From the NCBI GenBank assembly GCA_965242865.1, contig CBDETK010000013.1, forward strand, positions 1,344,001 through 1,408,000: 64,000 bases of DNA, in the 5' to 3' direction. Each line of letters begins with the position of its first letter. Within the stretch, counting starts at the first letter, position 1. Positions 47,339 to 56,948 of the stretch are shown one piece after another. Below the pieces are notes generated by a model. The model was not told the DNA's origin. It searched no databases and saw nothing but the letters and a program-made list of their open reading frames with translations. The position numbers and the translations under genes were made by a program. The DNA is from Candidatus Latescibacterota bacterium (GTDB taxonomy: Bacteria; Latescibacterota; UBA2968; UBA8231).

Positions 47339-49381
47339 GTGTTGAGAATCCTGCTTGCCGCCCTCGCCCTCGCCGCCCCCGTCGGGGCCTTGGATACGCT
47401 GCGGGTGGGTTTGGCCGCCCCGATGGACTGGGACGGCAGCGGGGCGGCCATCGGTACGCTAGACCCCGAGTACCGCAGCTTGGTCAATCCCAACGCCGTG
47501 CTCATAGGCAATGCTCCGGGCGAGCTCATCGACTTTGCCCAGCGGGTCTTAACGCCGCGCCAACTGCAAGAGGGCGAAAACATCGCGGCCGGGACCCTCG
47601 CCCGCGGCGGCACCATAGCCGCGCCGACCGTGCTGCGCTTCACAGCCGACTTCACCCGCGCAGATCTGGCCGAGGCCCTCGCCGAAATCCTCAGCGACCT
47701 CGCCGGCGGCGAGACCCAGGCCTTTGAGCGCAAAAGCGACGACGTGCGCGGCACCCTCATCATCGGCGATTTAGGAGGCCGCTTCGGCGTCAATCGCTTC
47801 CGCTTCTATCCGCGCAACACGGTCCATCCCGCGCCCACGGCCGCCTTTCAAAACGACTTTTTGCGCGCATTTGAGCTGTTCGTCAACGACGGGCTCAACC
47901 TCACGGCCGATGGCTTTCCCCTGTGGGGTGCTCCCATCGTGGAGGAAGCCCAAAACACCCAGCCCGTGGTTGACATTGAATTCGACCCGCCGCGCTACAT
48001 CCGCTCCTTCCGCCTGCGCGCGGCCACGCCCATTCCCTTTGAAATAGACGAAATCGAAATCTACGGCACCGGCTTTTTGCCGACCGCGACGTACTTCTCG
48101 GACATTTTCGCCACCGGCCTAGCCGCGTGGGGGCGCATTCAGTGGGTGGAAAAAGCCGTGGGCGACTCGGCCCAGTCCAGCCTGCTGATTGCCACGCGCA
48201 GCGGCCACGACGACACCCCTTTTATCTTTCACCGCCAGCGCACGGACAAGCGCACCGATCCAGAGATTCCCTTCTCCATCGCCGATCCCACTCAGCCCAT
48301 GCGCCTAGCCGAGTACGAGCGGCTCCCCCTAGTCGATGCCAACGGCGTCACCTGGTCCAAAGGCTCGATCAAGGACGATTTGGCAAACTGGAGCCCGTGG
48401 ACCCCGCCCTATCCGCTCGACGAGGGCACGTCCTCCCAAGGCACCCCGATCATCTCCCCGTCGCCGCGCCGCTTTCTCCAGTTTCGCGTCAGCGCCCAGA
48501 GCAACGACATCCATTCGGCGCGCCGCCTAGAGCGCATTGCCCTGTCGTACCTGACGCCGCCGCTGGCCGACGAATTCGTCGCCGAGATTTTTCCCCGCCA
48601 AGTCGCGGCTTCCACCTCTACGTCCTTTACCTACGCCGTGCGGCTGCACATGAATTCGCCCGACCTGCTCGGCTTCGATACGTTTGCGATCCGCACCCCC
48701 ATTCGGGTGGAACAGGTGGAGCAGATAGAAATTCTCAACGCCCAAGGCGAACTCATCGCCGCCCACGCCTTTGCCCCAGGCGATACCACCGGCGGTTCCG
48801 GGCTGGCCATCAACGCCATTGCCGCAGACCGCTTCAGCGTGCGCTTTCCGCGCATTCAAGCCGATGGCAGCCTGCTGAAAATCGCCTTTCGCTCGGCCGT
48901 GCTGGCCTTCAGCACTGAATTTCGCGGGCAAGCCTCCCTGTCGAGCGAACCCGGTTCGTTTCAAAACGCCACCTCGGGCAATAGCGCGGACTTGGACGCC
49001 CAAGACCAGCCCACCCACTCCGGCACCACCGTGCTGAGTCCCTCGATAATCCGCCGAGACCGGCTGATCGACGCTCTAGAGCTAACTCCCAATCCCTTTA
49101 CGCCCAACAGCGACGGGATCAACGACCGAGTCGCCATTGCTTACAACATCTTGGCCCTGACTCAAGCCGGGGCCGTTGCCGTGCGCCTGTACGACCTGTC
49201 GGGCCGGCTGATCCACACCCTCCAGCAGACGGCGCTCAGCAACGGGCGCTACGCCCTCACTTGGGACGGGCGCGCCGCTGGGGGCCAACTCGTCCCCCCG
49301 GGCGTGTACTTGCTCGGGGTGACCGTGGCCGGCGACCAAGGCGACGACCTGCGCACCCACCCTTTAGCCGTAGCCTACTGA
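47339..49381 (+). CDS. Secreted protein with FlgD/CHU_C-like C-terminal domain (type 3)
   Basis: AGGAG then GTG 47339. AFERKS, DLGGRFGVNRFRFYPRN, PNPFTPNSDGIND, VPPGVY, ends VAY. Confidence 0.8.
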   Translation: MLRILLAALALAAPVGALDTLRVGLAAPMDWDGSGAAIGTLDPEYRSLVNPNAVLIGNAPGELIDFAQRVLTPRQLQEGENIAAGTLARGGTIAAPTVLRFTADFTRADLAEALAEILSDLAGGETQAFERKSDDVRGTLIIGDLGGRFGVNRFRFYPRNTVHPAPTAAFQNDFLRAFELFVNDGLNLTADGFPLWGAPIVEEAQNTQPVVDIEFDPPRYIRSFRLRAATPIPFEIDEIEIYGTGFLPTATYFSDIFATGLAAWGRIQWVEKAVGDSAQSSLLIATRSGHDDTPFIFHRQRTDKRTDPEIPFSIADPTQPMRLAEYERLPLVDANGVTWSKGSIKDDLANWSPWTPPYPLDEGTSSQGTPIISPSPRRFLQFRVSAQSNDIHSARRLERIALSYLTPPLADEFVAEIFPRQVAASTSTSFTYAVRLHMNSPDLLGFDTFAIRTPIRVEQVEQIEILNAQGELIAAHAFAPGDTTGGSGLAINAIAADRFSVRFPRIQADGSLLKIAFRSAVLAFSTEFRGQASLSSEPGSFQNATSGNSADLDAQDQPTHSGTTVLSPSIIRRDRLIDALELTPNPFTPNSDGINDRVAIAYNILALTQAGAVAVRLYDLSGRLIHTLQQTALSNGRYALTWDGRAAGGQLVPPGVYLLGVTVAGDQGDDLRTHPLAVAY

Positions 49382-49382
49382 C

Positions 49383-51017
49383 ATGGACCGCTTACGCATC
49401 GCTACAATAGTTGGCGTCCTGCTCGGGGCCTTCGCCGGGGGCTGTGGTGAACCAGCGTCCCCCATCGTGGCTCGGGTCGGCGAGCGGGCCATCACGGCCG
49501 AAGCGCTCCGCTCCTACGTCCTGGGGCTGAACGAGAGCCAGCGAAGCCGCCAACAAGGCCCGGCCGCGCGGCGCGAGTACCTCCAACCCCTCATCGACTA
49601 CCACCTGCTGTGGCTGGAAGCCCAAGGCCTCGGGTTGGACACGACGGCCGCGGTCGAGCGCCAACTAGGGCGCAAAATCCGGCGGCACTTGGTCGCCCTC
49701 TATTTCGAGCACCACCCCGTGCAACCGCCCCTCGTCGAGGAGGCCGAGATCAAACAGCGCTTTGAGCGCAAGGGCCTCGACCACAGGGTCGAGCGGATGA
49801 CTTGGGGCATTATGACCGAGGCGCGGCCGGCGCTAGATCAAGCCGTGGCCGAGTTGGTGGCCGGCGCCCGGTTTGGCGAAGTGGCCGCCCGCTACTCCAC
49901 CACCCCGGACGCGGCCAACGGCGGCGTGCTCGGGTGGCTGCGGGTGGAATCCATCCGCCGCATGGGCCTGCCCGATTCCCTGTTTTACGACTTGCCATTG
50001 GGGGTCTTATCGCCCGTGCTGCCCCACTCGGCTGGCTTTTGCGTCGTGCGCTTTGTCGAGGAGCGGCCGCTATCGTACCTCGACTTCCGCGACGAAATCC
50101 TCCAAGAGTTGCAAGAGGAACGGGTCGGGGAAGCGCGGGCGGCGCGGGCCGAGCAGTTGGCCGACCAATACGACTGGACCCTCCATGCGCCGGGGTGGCG
50201 TCTCCTGCTAAAGGGCCAACCGACGCCCGCGGAAGAGCGGACGCCTTTGTTCGAGTTTGCCGGCGGCCAAGTCCCCCTCGGCGAGCTGCTCGACCAGCTC
50301 AAAAGCCGCCCAGTCAATGCCGTGGCCGACAGCGCGGCCTTAGTCCAACTCGCCGAGCGCTGGCTGCTCCAGCCGTACCTCTTTGCGGCCGCAGCCCGCC
50401 ACGAGGGCCTGATCGACCGCGAGGGGTTCGACGCGCTGCGGCAGAGCCTGCGCGAAGAGGTCGTCATCAGCCAACTGCGCCAGCAAGAGGTCGTGGACTC
50501 CATCGCCATCGCCCCCGAGGCCGTGCGCCGCTACTACGACGAGCAGCCCGAGCGCTTCTATGGCCGCGACCAGATCGACGTGGCCGAAGTGCTCGTGGCG
50601 ACCGAGGAAGAGGCCCTCGCGGTGCGGCGGCAGATCGAAGCCGGGGCCGACATCGCCGCCATCGCCCTGCAGCGCAGCACCCGCCGCGGTGCCCAAGCGC
50701 GCGGCGGCATTTTCCCCCTGGAGAAAACCTCGGACTTGGCGCCCCATATCCTCGCCGCGCAGCCGGGCGAATTGGTCGGGCCGGTGCCAGTCCACGACGG
50801 CTTCTCGGTCTTTGCGATCGTCCGCCGCCAGCCCGGGGAGCGCCTGCCTTTTGCCCAAGTCCGCCGCCAGATTGGCGACATGCTGCGCCGGGCCGCCGAG
50901 CGGGAGCGGTTCCAAGCCTACATAGAAACCCTGCGCCGCCAATACGCCGACCAAATCCAAATAGACCAAGCGCGATTGGCGGCCGCCCTAGCCGACGATT
51001 TTCTCGCCGCTTTCTAA
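49383..51017 (+). CDS. Parvulin-type PPIase lipoprotein
   Basis: Lipobox FAGGC, VARVGERAIT, FGEVAARYS...GGVLGW, VGPVPVHDGFSVF. Paralog of 19028. Confidence 0.8.
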   Translation: MDRLRIATIVGVLLGAFAGGCGEPASPIVARVGERAITAEALRSYVLGLNESQRSRQQGPAARREYLQPLIDYHLLWLEAQGLGLDTTAAVERQLGRKIRRHLVALYFEHHPVQPPLVEEAEIKQRFERKGLDHRVERMTWGIMTEARPALDQAVAELVAGARFGEVAARYSTTPDAANGGVLGWLRVESIRRMGLPDSLFYDLPLGVLSPVLPHSAGFCVVRFVEERPLSYLDFRDEILQELQEERVGEARAARAEQLADQYDWTLHAPGWRLLLKGQPTPAEERTPLFEFAGGQVPLGELLDQLKSRPVNAVADSAALVQLAERWLLQPYLFAAAARHEGLIDREGFDALRQSLREEVVISQLRQQEVVDSIAIAPEAVRRYYDEQPERFYGRDQIDVAEVLVATEEEALAVRRQIEAGADIAAIALQRSTRRGAQARGGIFPLEKTSDLAPHILAAQPGELVGPVPVHDGFSVFAIVRRQPGERLPFAQVRRQIGDMLRRAAERERFQAYIETLRRQYADQIQIDQARLAAALADDFLAAF

Positions 51018-51026
51018 CGAGGCCCC

Positions 51027-54000
51027 ATGAACCGCAAGTCCTACTACATTGGGGCCTTGGCCTTGGGGTGGTTGGCCCTCCAGCCGGTCAGCGCCCAAGT
51101 CCCCTTGGGCCACCGCCTGCAGGGCGACCGCATCGTCGTCGATCGGGCCTCGTACTGGCGGCACTGGAGCGGGCCTTCGCACGTGGTCGATGTGCATCCA
51201 GACGGCACGGTCAAGCCCCATTTCTTTCGCCACGTGTACAACCTCATTGCCGAAGATCGCGCGGTATTTGCCAAACCCGTGCCCCAACCGGGCATCCGCA
51301 AGGCCGACCGGGCGATTATGAACCTCCGGCGCACCCCAGCGTTGGAAGCGGACGGCCGCTTGGCCCTCGGCAAAGCCGAGCAATTGATCAAGTTCCTCAA
51401 TCGCGACTTCCGCCGCTTCCCCGGCAACGACAGCCAACTCCCCCTCGGCGGCCGCCTCCTAACCATCACGGACACCACGCTCAGCCGCGACGGGCAGACC
51501 GTGACCCTGAGCCTGCGCGACGAGCGCACCGGGGTCGCATCGACGCGCGAATTTGGCGCGAAGGACAAAATCGCGTTTCCAGTGTACGACTACGTCCAGC
51601 GCGTCGGCGTCAGCCGGGTCGGGTCCAACGAGGCCCTAGCCCCCCACATCGTCGATGGCGACCGCACCACCTTTTGGGAGCCGGACTTGGCGGCCCCCCC
51701 AGACCAATGGTGGATCGAAATCGACTTGGGCCGCGCCGTCGTAGTCGAGAAGGTGGTGCTGCACTTTGTCGATGAGACCTTGGGCGACCCCTTCCGCCAG
51801 TTCCGAGTCATGCTAGCTCCCCAGCAAAAGCTCATTCAAGCCCAAAGCCGCGTCCTCCAATTCAAGGTCGTCGGCCAGACCCGAGCGCCCAATACGGACC
51901 AGCGGACGCTGGCGTTCTCTTCTGCGGACACGCCCGGCTTTTCCGAAGACGACGACGGCCGCACCGAGTGGACCGGCCGCATGGCCCAGACCGTGCGCAT
52001 TCTCATCGGCGACAGCAAGCTGGGGCGAGCCCACCGCATCGACGAGGCCGCGTGGGCTGCGTTGCCGGCCGGCGAGCGCGGCGAGGTGCTCTACTACATC
52101 CGCGACGACGTCGGCTTTGAGGAGCCGGTGGCGCAGGCCATTTACCAAAGCCTTCCCCAAGCCCAGCAGGGCCGCAAAGAGTACTACCTCCGCGAGCGGC
52201 CCCGATTGGCCGAAGTCGAGGTCTGGGGCTGGGGCGACAACCTATCGCCCCAGCTCATTGACGGCGGCGGCAGCGTCCGCTTTACCGGGCCGGAAGTCCC
52301 GGCCGGCGGCTTTGACGGCGACTGGAACACCACCTTTCGCATGCCGGCTTGGTTTAGCTCCAACCCCACCGCTGGCATTCTCACCGTGGATATGGGCGCT
52401 CGCGTCTGGCTTGATGCCATGCGCTTGGCCGTTCCCTTTATTCCCGGCTACATCGCCGAGGCCGCCGATGGCAGCCGCGACCCCAACGGCCGGCTCCGGT
52501 GGCGTCGGATCAGCCGGCCCGACCGCATGGAAGGAGGCTTCACCCGTGCGGCTGACCGCTTTGACCCCCCCCTCGATATTCGCTTCCTCAACCTGCGCCT
52601 GCCCGGGATCGCCCGCACTTCGGGCTTTTTCTACGACCTGACCGAAGTCTTGCTCTACACCGAGGGGTTTGTCAGCCAAGCCTCGCTGGTGTCCGATATC
52701 ATCCGCCTGCCCGGGCCGCGCAACTTCGGCGCCATCCGCTGGGATCCGCCGCCCGCTGCCCAACCGCCCGGCACGACGGCCGAAGTGCGGACGCGCACCG
52801 GCGACCTGCTGGTGCAGCAAATTCGCCATTTCGACGTCAACGGCAACGAGAAAACCAAAGCAGAGTGGGACAAGCTGATCACCAGTTGGAAAGGGCCTAT
52901 CGACACCACCTTTGCCCTCGGCAGCGGCTGGAGTCCGTGGAGCCAGCAGTACCGGCGGCCGGGCGACCGGGTCCGGTCCCCCGGGCTGCGCAATTACATG
53001 CAAATCCAGGTGCGCTTTACCAGCCGCGACCGCCGGCGAGCCGCCTCCATGCGCTCGCTCGAGGTAGAGCTCGCCCCACCCGTGGCCCGCGCCCTCACCG
53101 CCGAAGTGTGGCCCACACAGGCCGCGGTCGGCCGGTTGGACACTTTCAGCCTGTACCTGCGCCCGACCTTCATCGACGAGCCAGCGGCCGACCGCACCCC
53201 CGGGTTTGACGAAATCCTCCTGCAAGCACCGCCCGGGCTCGCGCTGCACCTGTTGAGCCTGAGCATCGGGACCGACGAAGAGCTAGGGCGCGGCACCCCC
53301 TCGCAGACGTTCACCCCAACCCCGGATGGCCACCTGATCGACGCGGCGGGGGCCATCGCCGAAGTGCGGCGCGACCACGCCGACTCGATCTGGGTCCAGC
53401 TGCCCCAACTCCACCAGACCCTACCGGCGGCACTGGCGGTTCAGACCTACCACCGCATTACCCCCCAAGGGGCCGAAGTCACCGTGGGCGCGGACGGCGA
53501 TCCGATCACCGAAGCGGCCTACGGTCTGCTGCCCGAGGCCGAGCGCGGCGCGATCCTCTTTTTGCAGCAAACGGCCACTGGCTTACAGGCGGTGTCGGGC
53601 CGGGCCGAGTACGAGGCTTTGCCCCCGGCCGAGCAAGGGCCGATTCGCTATTTTCGCAAACTGCGCGGCGGCGGGGGCCAATCGCCCTTTGACGCCTTGG
53701 GCGACTCCCTGACGCGCCGAGCGTACTACGCGCTGCCCCCGGCCGAGCGCGGGGCCATCTTGGGACAGGGCCGCCTGCTCCGCTTGCGCTTTGCCGCGGC
53801 AGTCTTTCGCAACGGCACCACGTTTAAGCCGTTTGTGCGCCGCGCCGGGGCTGGCCTGTGGCAGCAAGCCGCGCCGGGCGATGCCACCTTGCTAACGGAC
53901 AGCCGCCAACTAACCCTGACCCTTCCCGTGGGCGGGCGCGTCCTCGGCGACTTGAGCTTGGCCCCCAATCCCTTTACGCCCAACGGCGACGGGATCAACG

Positions 54001-54263
54001 ACGAGCTCACCGTCGCGTTTTCCATCTTCCAAGTGACCCAAGCACGGCAAGCGCGGCTGCGGCTGTACTCGCTAGACGGGCGTCTCTTATGGGAAAGCCG
54101 CACCCAAGTGGCCGGCGGCCCCCACCAGCTCCGCTGGCCCGGGCGCGATGCGGCCGGCCGCACCGTGCCGCCCGGCCTCTATATCTGCCGGCTAGACTTC
54201 GGCGTCGATTCGGACCGGGCCGAGGCCACGGCCGTGGCCCGCATCGTGGCAGTAGCCTATTAG
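51027..54263 (+). CDS. Secreted discoidin-like protein with FlgD/CHU_C-like C-terminal domain (type 1)
   Basis: VVDRASYW, IVDGDRTTFW...WWIEIDLGR, GDPFRQF, PNPFTPNGDGIND, VPPGLY, ends VAY. Confidence 0.8.
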   Translation: MNRKSYYIGALALGWLALQPVSAQVPLGHRLQGDRIVVDRASYWRHWSGPSHVVDVHPDGTVKPHFFRHVYNLIAEDRAVFAKPVPQPGIRKADRAIMNLRRTPALEADGRLALGKAEQLIKFLNRDFRRFPGNDSQLPLGGRLLTITDTTLSRDGQTVTLSLRDERTGVASTREFGAKDKIAFPVYDYVQRVGVSRVGSNEALAPHIVDGDRTTFWEPDLAAPPDQWWIEIDLGRAVVVEKVVLHFVDETLGDPFRQFRVMLAPQQKLIQAQSRVLQFKVVGQTRAPNTDQRTLAFSSADTPGFSEDDDGRTEWTGRMAQTVRILIGDSKLGRAHRIDEAAWAALPAGERGEVLYYIRDDVGFEEPVAQAIYQSLPQAQQGRKEYYLRERPRLAEVEVWGWGDNLSPQLIDGGGSVRFTGPEVPAGGFDGDWNTTFRMPAWFSSNPTAGILTVDMGARVWLDAMRLAVPFIPGYIAEAADGSRDPNGRLRWRRISRPDRMEGGFTRAADRFDPPLDIRFLNLRLPGIARTSGFFYDLTEVLLYTEGFVSQASLVSDIIRLPGPRNFGAIRWDPPPAAQPPGTTAEVRTRTGDLLVQQIRHFDVNGNEKTKAEWDKLITSWKGPIDTTFALGSGWSPWSQQYRRPGDRVRSPGLRNYMQIQVRFTSRDRRRAASMRSLEVELAPPVARALTAEVWPTQAAVGRLDTFSLYLRPTFIDEPAADRTPGFDEILLQAPPGLALHLLSLSIGTDEELGRGTPSQTFTPTPDGHLIDAAGAIAEVRRDHADSIWVQLPQLHQTLPAALAVQTYHRITPQGAEVTVGADGDPITEAAYGLLPEAERGAILFLQQTATGLQAVSGRAEYEALPPAEQGPIRYFRKLRGGGGQSPFDALGDSLTRRAYYALPPAERGAILGQGRLLRLRFAAAVFRNGTTFKPFVRRAGAGLWQQAAPGDATLLTDSRQLTLTLPVGGRVLGDLSLAPNPFTPNGDGINDELTVAFSIFQVTQARQARLRLYSLDGRLLWESRTQVAGGPHQLRWPGRDAAGRTVPPGLYICRLDFGVDSDRAEATAVARIVAVAY

Positions 54264-54287
54264 TTTACACGAGCCAAAGGGAAAATT

Positions 54288-56948
54288 ATGGAAGCGATAC
54301 GGCGAAGTACCGCGGCGGTCGCGGTGGTTTTGAGCGGCTTACTAAGCCCGGCCTTTAGCCAATCCGACTACGGCACGCGGCTGGGCGTCCCCCGCGGGAG
54401 CGGCGAGACCAGCTACGCCCCTTATGGCCCGGGCGTCCTGTTTGACGCGCTGGACCCGGCCATCAAAAAGTGGTACGTGCCGCAGGAACTCTACAACGAG
54501 TACCGCTGGCGTCAGTGGGAGTACAGCAACTACGCCCGCAACCAGTACCAGCGCTACGTCGATATCCAGCTAGAGGGCGATTACTACTACGACCTGTTTG
54601 GCAACGCCGTCACCCGCGGCTGGCTCATCTTTAGCAACTCCCAGACTCAGCCGCGGCAATTTGGCAGTTCGCTGGTCAAGGCCACTCGCTTCAACAACTG
54701 GTTTTCGGGCGTGGCCATTGCCTCGGACAGCAAGGGGCAGTACCACTACGCCCTGACGGTGTCGAATCGCCTGCGCACCACGCTCACCCCCATGAGCTTT
54801 TCCAAACCCGCTTGGGACGGGGTGCAATTCGACCTAGCGACCGACAAGTACCAAGGCACCGTCATCTACTCGCGCCTCAGTTCGCCCGGCGGGGCCTCGA
54901 CCGACAACACCGAAGTCCTCACCACCAACCTCACCACGCTCATGGGGGGCCGGGCCACCGCCCAGATCGGCGACTTCACCCAGCTCGGAGTCCACTTCGT
55001 CAACACCCACCAGTCCAACACCTTGCGCGATGGCTTTAAGGGCAACCCCATTGCCGGGGCCTTGACCGTGGACCAAAACCAGACCGTTTCCTTTATCGAA
55101 CTAGTCCTGCGCGACGACTCGCCGGCCGACGGCAGCGGGGGCGCGGCCTTCTTCCCGGTGGGGTCGGACATCCTCATTACCTACAACGACGGCACCGTGG
55201 ACCGCGGCCGGGAAATTCGCTTTGAACCCGCCATCCAAGGGGGGTTCGTCCAAGAAGGCTTTATCTCGGCCGATGGGTCCGAAGAGATCCGCCTGCTCTA
55301 CGACTTTGACACGCCGGCCTTTGTCAACCGGGCTTCGGGGCCTAAAGAAGAGATCGCCCAAGTCGAGTTTGAGCTGACCATTGGCAACGACTATCAGGTG
55401 TGGATGACGTCCAACAACCAGACCAATCGCAGCGGCGAACCCGTGCTGTTGCTCGTGGCGCAGGCCGAGGGCAATGTGCAGGACAACACCAACTTGCGCA
55501 TCCTCAAGTTCGAGTACGGCTTGCCAACGGCGACCCAAATTGTCGGGGCCACCCTAGAGCTGCGGGATGTGGCCGGCTTCAACTTGTACGGCGAGTACGA
55601 TTTGAGCGTAGCGTACCGCAAGTACCCCAGCGTGACGCGGACCAGCCACACCACGTCGGCCGGCGTGGCCGGGGAGCCGGTCGAGCCCGCTTGGATGCTC
55701 AACCTGTCTAAGGTGGCTCATCCTTGGTTCTTTTTTGGCGAAGCGTACAGCATGGACCCGCTCTACAACACCCGCACCTTTGTCACCGGCTCGGCCGGCA
55801 ACATCGACTACGAAAACGAGCGGTTCCACGTGGTGGAGCTGGTAGAGGACAACGACGATCAAGACCGGGCCCCCGATCTCGTGCGCGCGGATTCCCAAGC
55901 CGGCGACCGCCGGGTCTTCCCGGGCTGGGACGAAAATTACGACTTCATCTCGGACTTCAACCAAAACGACAACCTAACCATCTCCAATGGCATTCCCGAC
56001 TACGACGAAGCCTTCCTCCGCCACCGCGTCGATCGCCCGGACTTTCTCTACGGGATCGACATGAACAACAATCTGTGGGTCGACCGCTTTGAAAACGACG
56101 AAGCCCCGGATTACCCCTACCAGAAAGACCGTCGGGGTTTCAACGCATATCTGGGCTACCGGCTGACCCCGGACATCCGCGTTACTGTGGGGCACCTGCG
56201 CGAGGAACGGATCTCGGCCGACGAGCGCAATCACACATCCTACGCCCTGCTCAGCCTAGATCGGGACGATCCCCAGCAGGGGCGCGTGCGCTTTATGCAG
56301 ATGGTCAAGCTGGCCCGCGACAATATAGCGGACGACCTGCTGCAGTGGTTCCCCGAAAACACCCAGCGCGATGGCCAACTCCAAAAGGTGGTGGACCCGC
56401 TTTTGGCCCAAAACACTTGGATCAACACCACTTGGCTGGGGCACACCTACAACCGCGGCGGCTTGGAGACCTACAACTATCTCAACTTGGAGCTTTTTCA
56501 CCAGCGCGACCGAGCGGCCCCGCGTGCGACCGACTCCTTTTTTGGCGTCATCAACAAATTCAGCTATCGCTACGATCTGGGCGCGGTCCAACTCGAGTCG
56601 CGCTGGAAAAGCGAGTTTCGGCGCCAGACCGTGGGGCTGTTCACCGCCGACGAGGAGACCGTGCTGACCGAGATACTGGGGTTCCTCTTGGGGTTTCCCA
56701 TCCTCAACAACACCCGCATTCAAACCGGGATCGAGTACTCGTATGCCAACGACATGAAGCGCGACAACAACGATTTCACCGGGCTGGCCGGCGCCGTGCA
56801 GCTGGCCAATGTGAGCTCCTACTTGGGGTACGAGGTCTCCGCCCAAGTGGGGCTCAAAGCCGATTGGCGCGATTTCAAAAGCATCGAGCGCGAATCCGAA
56901 ATTCTGACCCAAGGCTTTATCACCCTGTATGCTGGCTTGGGCAAATAA
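54288..56948 (+). CDS. Putative outer-membrane protein, paralog of 30935 and 33722
   Basis: WYVPQELY, RGWLIF, TTLTPMSFSKP, FPGWDENYDFISDFNQND, GIDMNNNLWVDRFEND. Confidence 0.7.
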   Translation: MEAIRRSTAAVAVVLSGLLSPAFSQSDYGTRLGVPRGSGETSYAPYGPGVLFDALDPAIKKWYVPQELYNEYRWRQWEYSNYARNQYQRYVDIQLEGDYYYDLFGNAVTRGWLIFSNSQTQPRQFGSSLVKATRFNNWFSGVAIASDSKGQYHYALTVSNRLRTTLTPMSFSKPAWDGVQFDLATDKYQGTVIYSRLSSPGGASTDNTEVLTTNLTTLMGGRATAQIGDFTQLGVHFVNTHQSNTLRDGFKGNPIAGALTVDQNQTVSFIELVLRDDSPADGSGGAAFFPVGSDILITYNDGTVDRGREIRFEPAIQGGFVQEGFISADGSEEIRLLYDFDTPAFVNRASGPKEEIAQVEFELTIGNDYQVWMTSNNQTNRSGEPVLLLVAQAEGNVQDNTNLRILKFEYGLPTATQIVGATLELRDVAGFNLYGEYDLSVAYRKYPSVTRTSHTTSAGVAGEPVEPAWMLNLSKVAHPWFFFGEAYSMDPLYNTRTFVTGSAGNIDYENERFHVVELVEDNDDQDRAPDLVRADSQAGDRRVFPGWDENYDFISDFNQNDNLTISNGIPDYDEAFLRHRVDRPDFLYGIDMNNNLWVDRFENDEAPDYPYQKDRRGFNAYLGYRLTPDIRVTVGHLREERISADERNHTSYALLSLDRDDPQQGRVRFMQMVKLARDNIADDLLQWFPENTQRDGQLQKVVDPLLAQNTWINTTWLGHTYNRGGLETYNYLNLELFHQRDRAAPRATDSFFGVINKFSYRYDLGAVQLESRWKSEFRRQTVGLFTADEETVLTEILGFLLGFPILNNTRIQTGIEYSYANDMKRDNNDFTGLAGAVQLANVSSYLGYEVSAQVGLKADWRDFKSIERESEILTQGFITLYAGLGK

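Noticed and set aside
49802-51775. 657-aa alternative-frame ORF (also 39138-40400, 19004-20056, 52242-53249)
   Set aside because: Low-information shadow ORFs that overlap well-supported genes; expected at high GC.
24142-54263. Flagellar hook-cap (flgD) genes or phage tail genes
   Set aside because: Only the small C-terminal Ig-like domain is shared; the proteins have Sec signal peptides, and no flagellar or phage structural genes are present.
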